DNA of 64,000 nt from Lytechinus pictus (lineage: Eukaryota): the NCBI RefSeq assembly GCF_037042905.1, contig NC_087260.1, positions 21,638,001 through 21,702,000 of the forward strand, given 5' to 3'. The notes below the pieces were generated by a model. The model was not told the origin of the DNA, made no database searches, and saw only the letters and a list, made by a program, of their open reading frames with translations. Numbering within the stretch: the stretch's first letter is position 1; the number at the start of each line of letters is the position of its first letter. A program made the translations under genes and the position numbers. This document shows positions 12,949 to 23,591 of the stretch, piece by piece.

Positions 12949-15119
12949 GACGCGCTTGAAATGAGATACATTAAATTGTACATCTGGGTCCTACAATGTG
13001 CTGGGAACTTGTCAAATCATGTCAAATCAATGACGCAGGAAATCCCGTTTCCTTGAGCGGAAGTAAAACATGAAAATGTCTGAAAATACTATAAGGACAT
13101 AAGTATCTAGATATACATCAGATATAAATGTATTACACACACCCACGCGCCCGCACCCACACAACTCCCTGCTCACACACACGGGCGCACACGGTGATGG
13201 ATTGCCAGGACTTTAATACGCTTCTAATCGAATTGTATATGTGGCATGTGCATATGCACAGATTGCACAGAGCGTTTATTATAAAAGGGGCAAAAGTTAA
13301 TAATCTGGCTCAATCGTGAATCATAATGGTTAGTCGCGTGCATTTGAGTGTCCGAAAATCCACACAGCTTCAACACAGGGAACAGTCGTTTTCACGAGCG
13401 TAATATTGCAACAATTCGGGTATTATTAATATGTCTCACACCAGAATTACAGGATTATGAAAATTTTATTCACTTCATTTAATTTTATGTAAATATAATT
13501 ACAGTTAATTGACTATTTACGTCTCGCTTTTCATTTGAAATTGTCCATGTTCACAACTCTTGCTATGGCAAACGGTCTGAAACAACCCATATGTCGAGAC
13601 ACTGGCACCTTTGTTTTCCCATTGAAATATCCCTAAGGGTAAAAAAAGGTCGAGATTGATTGTCATCTCAATGTTAAATTAAATCACCTACATGTTGATG
13701 TATTATACTTTGTGACTGGTATAATGGTTACATCTCATTTTTCTCCACAAATTAGAGATCGAGCAGGCAGAACATGTCACATTTCGATGTACAATGTCAC
13801 GTGACTAATGTATGATAGTTTCCGTTCCTATAGACCCTTGAAACAGTACAGTCCAAACAAATCAATTAACGCATTTAATGTTGAAAGTAACAATGTTCTT
13901 GTACTATAAGCTTTGCCTTCTGATATTTATAATATAGCTACATGTTGACAAAGCAAATATTTAGTAGTCCGGAATTGATTTTGATTTGCAATAGGGAATG
14001 CGTATACGTATCGCCAGTGTGTTGTTTTAGTATTATTATGATGATTCGATGTTGCAAGCGCAAAGTGTAAGCGCACCACCTAGTGATCATGTTAGGAGAC
14101 AGTGCTACTTTCTGCTATGGTTTGCCATCTAGAGCACTGAGCTCCGCCTTGTTTGTATGATGTTAATCTCGCCGGCATACATACCAATCACATTTCACAT
14201 GATCGGGAATGCGAGGAGAATGAGAGTAAAATGGATGATAGTCACGAGATTGATAATCATAACACATTAGGGACCACAGTCAAACAAGTATTCACTATCA
14301 TACCCAAGGAAGATGATGGATATGGGACAAGTGATAGAGAGATGAATGAATCTAACAGTAACAATGGTAAATCTCGGAATGAAGACCGAAGAGATGAGAC
14401 TAGTGATGGTGAGGTGTTTGAAACTAACAAAGGTGAAACGAAACCATGCAATGTAGATGATGGATACGAGAGTAGTGATGGTGGAGGTCATGACTCTAAC
14501 ATAGTTGATGTGAAACAATCCACTGCTGATGATGGATACATGACTACCAGTATTGATGGTGATGTGAATATAAGAAACGGTGCTGACATGAAAGAATGGA
14601 ATGAAGAGGTTGAGTATGCATCTACTTCAACTAGTGATAGTCTGGTTTATGGAAGTGACCAATGTGATGTGAAACAATGGAATAAGGAAAATGGATATGA
14701 AGCTAATGTTGGTGTGGTTAATAAAGCTAATGGAGATGATGTGCTTATTGGTCACATGGGAGACGTAAAAGAAACAAGGAAAGATAATGTAGTGTCTTAT
14801 GTTAGTGATGTAATTGTTCAGGATACCGATGCTAGTGTGCCCTCATTGTTCCAAGAGTGTACAGTTACAGACACTCATGAAAGCAGTTCATGTTCTCCTC
14901 CAGTTTCACGTTTGAGTGATCTTCTTCACTCCATTGCATTGATTGTTGGTATGGCGATGTTGCCTTTACTACTCCGAGTGGATCGAGTTGCTCTCCACTT
15001 TCTGCCGATGATTGTCAGTCTTTGGTAATTTGGGATTGTTGCCAATCCAATATGATCTACAGTTTCACAGAGTCCCTTGATTTGGATCTTAGTCGGAACT
15101 ATGGTTCTCACTCTTTGTC

Positions 15120-15295
15120 TGATGTGACAGTGTTGTCTCACTTGACTTTGCCGGATGTGACAGTTTCGCCTACCTTGACTCTGTCTGATGTGACAGTTAC
15201 GCCTACCTTGACTTTGCCTGATGTGTCAATTTTGCCGAACGTGACTTTGCCTGACGTGACGGTATCGCCTAACCTGACTTTGCCTAACATGTCAC
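15120..15295 (+). repeat. 33-bp tandem repeat (TLPDVTVSPxL in one frame)
   Basis: About 5 units of TGACTTTGCCTGATGTGACAGTTTCGCCTACCT. Confidence 0.85.
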
Positions 15296-15699
15296 CTGAT
15301 ATGCTACTGGATTGATGCATTGGTAACAACCGTGTCGTTGACCGTGGAGGTACCGTGCTGCCTCTTGATCAAAGGTTTGACACTCCCGGAAGTGTTGACA
15401 GCGTGTCCGCTACACCATCGGCCGATTCGGTGTTACCCTTCGACGTGAGTAACCGCTACAGGGCAAACACCGGCGTAACCGCTATGTCTTCTTGCCCAGC
15501 TAACGTCAGCAGCAGTAGCTCCAATGCGCAAGTTGTCTGTCCGGCGAGAGCACCATATGTACTGTGGATGGGTTGATCTTGCAGATCTTTCAATCGTTTA
15601 TCCTGCCAGCGTCAGCTACTACTGACTGTCAGTACTCGACTAGCATCTCAGTCGGTATTAGCCATGTTCGTTCCATTTGGACTGATGTCGCGTGCCATA

Positions 15700-16420
15700 C
15701 TCGCCCTCCAGATCAGCCCCATGCTATTCCAGAGCATGGTTCTGCTGATCTGTCTGTCCCTGAAGGATGTCATGGTCGTCCGCCAGACCGGCCCCATGCT
15801 AGTCCAGGGCATGGTCCTGCTGATCTGTCTGTCCCTGAAGGATGTCATGGTCGTCCGCCAGACCGGCCCCATGCTGGTCCAGGGCATGGTCCTGCTGATC
15901 TATCTGTCCCTGAAGGATGTCATGGTCGTCCGCCAGACCGGCCCCATGCTGGTCCAGGGCATGGTCCTGCTGATATGTCTGTCCCTGAAGGATGTCATGG
16001 TCGTCCGCCAGACCGGCCCCATGCTAGTCCAGGGCATGGTCCTGCTGATATGTCTGTCCCTGAAGGATGTCATGGACGTCCGCCAGACCAGCCCCATGCT
16101 AGTCCAGGGCATGGTCCTGCTGATCTGTCTGTCCCTTAAGGATGTCATGGTCGTCCGCCAGACCAGCCCCATGCTAGTCCAGGACATGGATCTGTCTGTC
16201 CCTTAAGGATGTCATGGTCGTCCGTCAGACCAGCCCCATGCTAGTCCAGGGCATGGTCCTGCTGATCTGTCTGTCCCTTAAGGATGTCATGGTCGTCCGC
16301 CAGACCGGCCCCATGCTAGTCCAGGGCATGGTCCTGCTGATCTGTCTGTCCCTTAAGGATGTCATGGTCGTCCGCCAGACCGGCCCCATTCTAGTCCGGG
16401 GCATGGTCCTGCTGGTTTGT
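15700..16420 (+). repeat. 75-bp tandem repeat, ~9-10 copies (ADLSVPEGCHGRPPDRPHASPGHGP)
   Basis: Near-identical units, one with an internal deletion near 16190. Later copies carry a GAA-to-TAA change. Confidence 0.95.
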
Positions 16421-16587
16421 CTCTCCCAGTGGAAGAGCTTCGCAGATTAGGCCACCATCACCTGCCTATCAGTGGTACAAAGACATTTTTCACTTAATTC
16501 CATTTCTGCTCGGCTAGCTTTCCCAAGGATAATGGCAACAGAGACATCTATGTGTTGGATAGTGACTATTGCGTATGTGAACATATA

Positions 16588-16900
16588 GGCCCGCATTCAC
16601 AAAGGTGGACTAAAGTTATACCGGGGTTAAATTTAGCCCGGGGTTAGCTAACACCCGGGTATAAAGTTAGTCCACCGCGCTATTCACAAACGGTGGACTA
16701 ACTAATCCATGGACTAACTTTAGCACCCGGGGTTAAATTTAACCCACGGTTGAGTTATACCCCGGTATAACTTTAGTCCACCTTTGTGAATCGCAAAAGT
16801 TAGCCCCTCGGTGCTAACTTTTGTCCATGGATTAAAATGACGTCAAATGACGCGTTTTATACCCCGGTATAACTTTAGTCGACCTTTGTGAATTCGGGCC
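16588..16900. mobile_element. MITE with long TIRs (Harbinger-like) inside the LTR-like element
   Basis: GGCCCGCATTCACAAAGGTGGACTAAAGTTATACCGGGG ... CCCCGGTATAACTTTAGTCGACCTTTGTGAATTCGGGCC. Confidence 0.8.
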
Positions 16901-18934
16901 TATGTTTTTATTATGAGTTGACTCCCAATTCTACCATGTGATTTTGAGGAACGGACTAACAGCATTTTCATCGCTTGATTCGGAACTGTTTCTTGATTTT
17001 TTAATCAACCAATGAATATATGCCTAATTGATTTTATATACCAATTACCATATGATTTGTGTTATGTTTATTTGCAGGTATATTTTGCTTAAATCATTTT
17101 ATTGATTGTGATTGTGATTTTATGTCGGGATATTTCATTATATTCCTTTGCAGGTAATTTCGTGTTACTGGATTGCATTTTGGTATGTGATTTTGATTGA
17201 TCACAATAAACGGTTTCATGATGTTTTTTATTTATGATGTATTTTGGTGAATGCTCCTAGGTTATGGGTGTTGTTGATTTCATGGTAATATGTTGATGTT
17301 GCTATTGATGTTTATCTAACATTTGCTAATTGTTGACTTGTGCCTAATGATCAATGACACAATGATTTCTCCTGTATCTTCATAACCCCTTTTTGTATTG
17401 TTGTTTTGAATGATATTTAAGCACTTTTGTCAGACAGTGTAGTTTTTATCTTTTTTTGTGCCATCCTTTTTTATGATACACAGATGTTTTTGCTATTCAG
17501 GATGAGACCGTTGAACTGTGTATTTAATATGCTAGTATTTGTTATCTGGATTGGGATCATTGTGTTTTTTCCTTCACTATTTGGACAATTGCCTATATAT
17601 ATATATATATGTGTGTGTTTTTTTCCTCCGTGCAGGTTGATGCTTTTGTTTAATTTGTGTCGGAAATTGGTTTTTAGTACACTGAGCCTTGTGTTTTAGA
17701 GCTGTAGATTAGGGTCGAATTTTTGCTCTTATGAATTCGCTGCCTATATAGGGATGATGATTTGTTGTTAACCACTTTTGGAGCCCACAAATGTGTTTTT
17801 CCCATTCTAGATGGAGAGAGATGGGAAGTGGTGATGCGATTTGATGTTAATTGTGACCTTTGTTGTGTTATGCTAGTTTAGTATTCAACACGTTATGATA
17901 TATTGGTGTCTAGATTTATCTGAGTCTTACACCAGCGAAGGTCTAACCCTTTTTATTTAATAGTGAGCTAATTACGAATCATCATGATCTTGTTATACAG
18001 ATTATATTGTAAAAGATGAGGGAAAAGTAAAAGGCAGTCACGCCAGTATGTTGTTTTAGTATTATAATGATGATTCGATGTTGCAAGCGCACCATCTAGT
18101 GTTGGTCTCTTGGCCATGGTTATTAAAGACAGTTACACGTAACCTCAAAGTTGTCTCGTTTATTTACTTCTTTTTCATTAAGTTGGCCCTTATTTACCCA
18201 TGGCGTATAGTATAAACTAGCAGGCTAGCATCGTCTGCTACGTACCATAATAGCCACCTTTCGCAAACCTCAGGGACGGTAAGATTAGGGTCCCCTAACA
18301 CAAAAATTAACGATTAATCGTACATTCGATTTTCACGAGTAATTGTAGATTAAAATCAATGGAATCAATTATAGAAAACTGTTCTACATTCATTGCTAAG
18401 CTTTGTGATACAGGCCCTATAGATGTGCTTTTCGTGTGCAAAATTCTTTCACGCGACACCCGTTTTCATGCATTGTACGTCTGGTCATCATCGTATATGC
18501 CCCCTGAGCCGGCGGCGAACCTCTATATACTAGCTATGACAGCTGGCTGGAGATATTCGAAATGCAGGGCCCACAAAAGATTATGACATGGATAAGAAAG
18601 TGTTTTTTTAAACAAATCGAGTACATATTGAGTGAGGAAAAACTTACTGAATTAAGGCTTAGATATAGATCATTACAGTCCATCGAATCGATATTGCATT
18701 TAATGTGGATTATTGGTGGATCACTGGCAATTGATTCCATGGGTCAGAATGATGACCTCTCCAGCTGAAACCATTTCGCATGCGTTGATATGTACACAGC
18801 ATGTATACGTCTGAATACCAGTCGAAATTGCGGGGTTTTTTCTTTTGTTTACTCCTTCTACACAAACAATATGCCTCTAGCACACAATGTAATGGGCATT
18901 ACTTTTCCCAGAAATGGGGGATTAGATTCAAATT

Positions 18935-19248
18935 CCCGCGGGGGGGGGGCCATGCACTTCCATTGATGAGTGGATACCAGGCACGACCATGCGGTTTCGA
19001 AAAGCACCCTAAACAAGGGAAGCAAGGCTTTTCCAGATTATTAAAATGCATCCCTTTTAACAAGTATTTGGCTTGTGAAACCCTACAAGTATTGGAAATA
19101 TATCACTTTTTTCAGTATTTTAAACATCGGTTTTGACACCATTATAACGTTACAAAGGCCTATATACGTAACGTACTTGCCCACTCTGTCCCCTTTTACG
19201 CGTGGCGCGCGCCTGGTATCCACTCGTCAATGGAATTGGCCCCCCGGG
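18935..19248. mobile_element. MITE of the CCCGGGG-CACTTCCATTGAYGAGTGGATACC TIR family
   Basis: Both TIRs present. The same family occurs at 19976-22325 and 43859-44912. Confidence 0.75.
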
Positions 19249-19789
19249 TGGCCTCTAGAGCTCTGGGAGGAACCAAATGTGGCTCTGGAAAGTCGTCCTA
19301 CATCGGATATATCGCTGTTACCATAGAAGCAACCAGAATTTTGCATACGAAACGCATATTGAATGTTTCCGTTGCAGATGTGAAACGAAAAAAATATCAT
19401 GTCACACAATTTGCATTGCAGGACAGAGTTTTACGACCATGACGACGGGCCCAAAAGTCTCTTCCAAAATCAACTACCGTCGTAAATAAGCGTTCGCGTT
19501 CTCCAACGAAAGGTCGGGAATGAGCGAGCATGACCAAGACAAAACCATGTGGACCGTAGCCAATAATCTAGGCGGAGACTGCGAATACGCAGTCACATTT
19601 CGTCTTTGCCACATCATAGGTATCGCTTGCATTCAGCATATAACAGCAAAGACAATAACTGCAGCCTCTGCCTAGAATAGGCTAGAATGTCCAGGGTATT
19701 AAATATATTTTTAAAGGGACTTGGTCGATAGATATCCCTTCCTGATTTTTTCTTCTGTGCTGATTTTTCCACATATTATGATAATAATA

Positions 19790-19962
19790 ATAAATTGGTG
19801 CTAATATAACAGCGCATAAACAATTAAAACTACCCTATGCGCTTTACATATACAAATTACTCTCCAATATTACAATTACACTAAAACAAAAATAAGTATG
19901 TTTTCAAATGTCTTTTAAATGAATCAACAAAAGTACATGATCTAAGATGAATTGGTAAACTA
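19790..19962 (-). mobile_element. 3' end of an L2/CR1-type LINE
   Basis: Encodes NSLPIHLRSCTFVDSFKRHLKTYLF, followed by a GCGCATA...TATGCGC stem-loop and an (ATT)n tail. Confidence 0.7.
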
Positions 19963-20343
19963 TTCCCCCCCCCCCCCCGGGGGGGACATTTCCATTGGCG
20001 AGTGGATACCATGCGTGACCAAAAAAAAACATGTAAAAGATATCTCTTTTTCATGATAGGGCAGGTATCGTATGAAATGTAAAAGGGTGTGAAAAACACT
20101 AAAATAATGGAAAAAATTGCATATATTTTGCTAGGAAAACTACGAGTTTACGGTCCAATTTGCGAGGGTATATACAAAAAGAATAATTTAAGGATGTACT
20201 TTTTCCCCCAACACCGTTTTGGGTCCGTTTTGAGGGAGGTGTGTCGGGTGCATAGAGATACATCTCTATGGTCGGGTGGTACTAAAAAGGTAAAGCCGAC
20301 GTCCGTGATATATAGGGGTCAATTCAGGGAATACATTAGGAGG

Positions 20344-20677
20344 CAGGGGCGTCGATCCATTTTTCAGATTGGGGGGGGGGGGCAAAATCACGAATCAACG
20401 TTCCAAAGGCGCTCGATCACACAAAACGAACAAACTCACCCACACGCACCCCTACACATACATAGGCCTTGATCTATATTATATACATTATATGCATATA
20501 TATATAAGCGCGAGCTGACAATTTTTATATTCCAATCTCAAAAGCGGACATTTTGAGAACGATATTAAATAAAGAACGAGTTGGTATCTCAATGTTTGCC
20601 CCCCCCCAATATTTTCATTTTTGGGGCGATCGCCCCCCTGCCCCCCCCCCCCCCTCCACCCAGGATCGACGCCTATT
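20344..20677. mobile_element. hAT-like MITE
   Basis: CAGGGGCGTCGATCC ... GGATCGACGCCTAT, with an 8-bp TTAGGAGG target duplication. Confidence 0.8.
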
Positions 20678-20899
20678 TTAGGAGGTCAATTCAGGGAATA
20701 CTTGTCAAGGGTACCGTTTTGTTTCCAATACTTGATAAGGGTATAGGGTTTCACACGCCAATACTTGTTAAAGGACAAGTCCACCCCAACAAAAAGTTGA
20801 TTTAAATAAAAAGAGAAAAATCCAACAAGTATAACGCTGCAAATATCATCAAAATGGGATGTAAATAAATAAGTTATGACATTTTAAAATTTCGCTTAA

Positions 20900-21481
20900 A
20901 GGGATGGTCCGGGCTGAAAGTATTTATAGATTAATAAATAGAGTAGAATTCACTGAGCAAAATGCCGAAAATTTCATCGAAATCGGATAACATATAACAA
21001 AGTTATTGAATTTTTAAATTTAGCAATATTTTGTGAAAACAGTCGTCATGAATATTCATTAGGTGGGCTGATGATGTCACATCCCCACTTGTTCTTTTGT
21101 ATTTTATAATATGAAATTAGGTTTATTCAATTTTTTTCCTCCAAGAACTAGAAAAATTGGATTGACAACTGATTAAGTGCATTAGATATTTATTGCTGCA
21201 ACTTATTTCATTATAAGGGAGACATAATTATTCACACAAGTATGAAATAATGAAAAAATATGATTTCATGTAATAACATAAGAAAACGGAAAGTGGGGAT
21301 GTGACATCATCAGCCCACCTAATGAATATTCATGATGACTGTTTTCACAAAATATTGCTAAACTTTAAACTTCAATAACTTTATTATTTGTTTTCCGATT
21401 TTGATGAAATTTTCGGCATTTTGCTCAGTGAGTTCTACTATATGTATTAAGATATAAATATTTTCAGCCCGGACCATCCCT
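20900..21481. mobile_element. Kolobok-like MITE with ~190-bp inverted arms
   Basis: TTAA|AGGGATGGTCCGGGCTGAAA ... TTTCAGCCCGGACCATCCCT|TTAA. Confidence 0.85.
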
Positions 21482-21518
21482 TTAATTAATTTCACACAAC
21501 AGTTATATGCACATCCTG

Positions 21519-21650
21519 GGGCCCGTAACACAAAGCTTAGCACTGATCGTAAAACATTTTTCTACGATTGATTCCATTGACTACAATGTACAGTCAATCG
21601 TGAAAATCAAGCGTACGATAATTAATCGCTAACCTTTGTGTTACGGGACC
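21519..21650. mobile_element. PIF/Harbinger-like MITE
   Basis: CTG|GGGCCCGTAACACAAAG ... CTTTGTGTTACGGGACC|CTG. A related copy lies at 18288-18417. Confidence 0.8.
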
Positions 21651-21659
21651 CTGGTCGGT

Positions 21660-22101
21660 CAGGGTGCTACATAACTTTTCAGAAGCACTTGCCCAGTGGG
21701 GCAAGTAATTTTAAAATATTTGGAATATACTTGCCCAAAAATCTATTTCACTTGCCCGAAAAATCCTTGAAAAAAAAGTTTTACCTCTTCGAAAGAAAGT
21801 TTTGCGGTTTTACAAACCATTGACCTTTTTCTCTCTTTTGACATGAACTGACCTACCTTGTTATTGCATTTCTTTTTCCAAAGTGATTTTATCTTGCCTG
21901 CCATGACCAAAATTAAGGTCAATATCATATTATATCAACCCTAATATTGGCCACTCAACTGTGAGAATTTTGCTTTCTACTGTGTGAAATTTGCTTGTCC
22001 AATTCGGGCAAATAGTTTTGGTCTCTATTTCAAAACACTTGCCCAACTCTAACTTTTACTTGCCCCGGGCAATCGGGCAAGTGCATATGTATAGCACCCT
22101 G
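21660..22101. mobile_element. MITE with CAGGGTGCTA TIRs and TTGCCC subterminal repeats
   Basis: TCGGT duplicated on both flanks. Confidence 0.75.
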
Positions 22102-22654
22102 TCGGTTTATGTAAATGATGGGAGTGGGTAGGGTGTCACACGCCAATACTTGTTAAGGGGCGCATTTTCAGAATATGGAAAATACGTGTTTAGGGTGCTT
22201 TTCGAGACCCCATGCCCCATGGTCGCGCATGGTATCCACTCGTCAATGGAAGTGCCCCCCCCCCCCCCCGGGTTATCGAAACCCCATGGTCACGCATGGT
22301 ATCCACTCGTCAAAGTGCCCCCGGGACTATTCCTTAATTTGGGACCGCAAAATTCGAAGCTAGCCCCGCCCCTTGAAACAACTCTAGGAATGTGTAAAAT
22401 TATGCCACCCTTATAATAATACACACCCTATAACTAGTAATACATCGGACTATCATAGTGTCATCATAAACATGCATGGGAAGCTTCGGAATTCCGCTGG
22501 ATCGTCTTTTCTCCGGGTCTTTTCTACCCACTGAGATAGAATTTATCATGTATATATACACGTAGTACTGGGCTATATAGTCTACTAATATATACCACTA
22601 TATACAGATCAAGGACCTGTATAACTAGCAATGTATAACGAAATATATACTTAC

Positions 22655-22775
22655 ATCCACCGTTCCTATAGCAGAGGGAAGGCAAGCGAAACATATTTTC
22701 AAAACAGGCTACAAATCCGATGTTCGTCGCTAAGAAATCTAGTCTCCAGCTCCATTTTTCTCGATCCGTTGGCAT
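22655..22775 (-). CDS. SLC6/NSS sodium:neurotransmitter symporter family transporter, coding exon 1 (N-terminus and TM1)
   Basis: Reads MPTDREKWSWRLDFLATNIGFVACFENMFRLPSLCYRNGG, matching the SLC6 RexW..DF...G....N..R.P.LCY.NGG pattern. GTAAGT donor at 22654, phase 1. In-frame TGA just upstream of the ATG. Confidence 0.9.
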
Positions 22776-23591
22776 CTTGTGGTGTGTATATACTCAGGTC
22801 AGCTAATATGTTTAAGAATATTCTGGTTAAATATATATATGATCGGTCCGGATCGGTCCAATGATATGAGCGATGGATGAGGTAAAAGTCCTACGCGTAT
22901 TGTAAACAGAGAGTGATACGACCGGGATACGACCCTGAATCACATAACCGAACATGAGTATTATTCCACTGCTGTTATTCGATCGCACGCCTCCTCAGTT
23001 TTTTAGGCGAAGGCCCTTCCCAACGCTGCATCACTCTGCTAGTCTGTCGACACAGACCCTCTTCAAGCTTTAGTAAAATTTAATCGGTTGAAAAGTCGAT
23101 CAGCACAATCCAAACTTGCAGCATCGTGTGAACTAAAATAAATCATTGAAAAAAATAATTTTTTTAAGTTCATCTCGAAAATGTGACGATAATAATTGTG
23201 ACCACAATTAAAGCGGGCCATTGGCCGGGGCTAGTCTGCTGGGCAAACCCTTCACTCGAGATAAGGGTCTGAATGTGCAGCCTACTCATGCATTGTGTAC
23301 TGAAGGCTCTCTCGCTCAGGACAGCAAGTTTTGTATGTGCTAGTCTTTGCGTGGAGGCACACTTGTTGATCAAAGTTCCAATCAGGGTCTGTGCCTGCAG
23401 ACTAGGCCGGGGCCGCCATTGTCTGGTGATCGATCGCCCACCATAATGGTTTTGGAACGCGCAAGTTTGGCGCCGATCCGGGCGAACTCTTGTTGGGATA
23501 GCAGAATAATGATAATTACAATAATTATAATGATAATAGTAATAACAACAACAATGATAACAAAAATAATAATTATATAATGATGATTTGG

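Larger units (their letters stand above)
14010..18165 (+). mobile_element. Putative non-autonomous LTR-like element with decayed low-complexity and repeat ORFs
   Basis: A ~60-bp direct repeat (CGCCAGT..GTTGTTTTAGTATTA..GATGATTCGATGTTGCAAGCGC..CTAGTG) at 14012 and 18041. A purine tract precedes the 3' copy. No RT or integrase motif seen. Confidence 0.5.
19976..22325. mobile_element. CCCGG-type non-autonomous DNA transposon hosting a stack of nested MITEs
   Basis: TIRs at 19976 and at 22215-22325, where the right end is duplicated. Body is homologous to 43859-44912. Confidence 0.75.

Noticed and set aside
15700-16420. CRISPR-like array
   Set aside because: Units are contiguous and near-identical with no unique spacers, there are no cas genes, and the context is eukaryotic.
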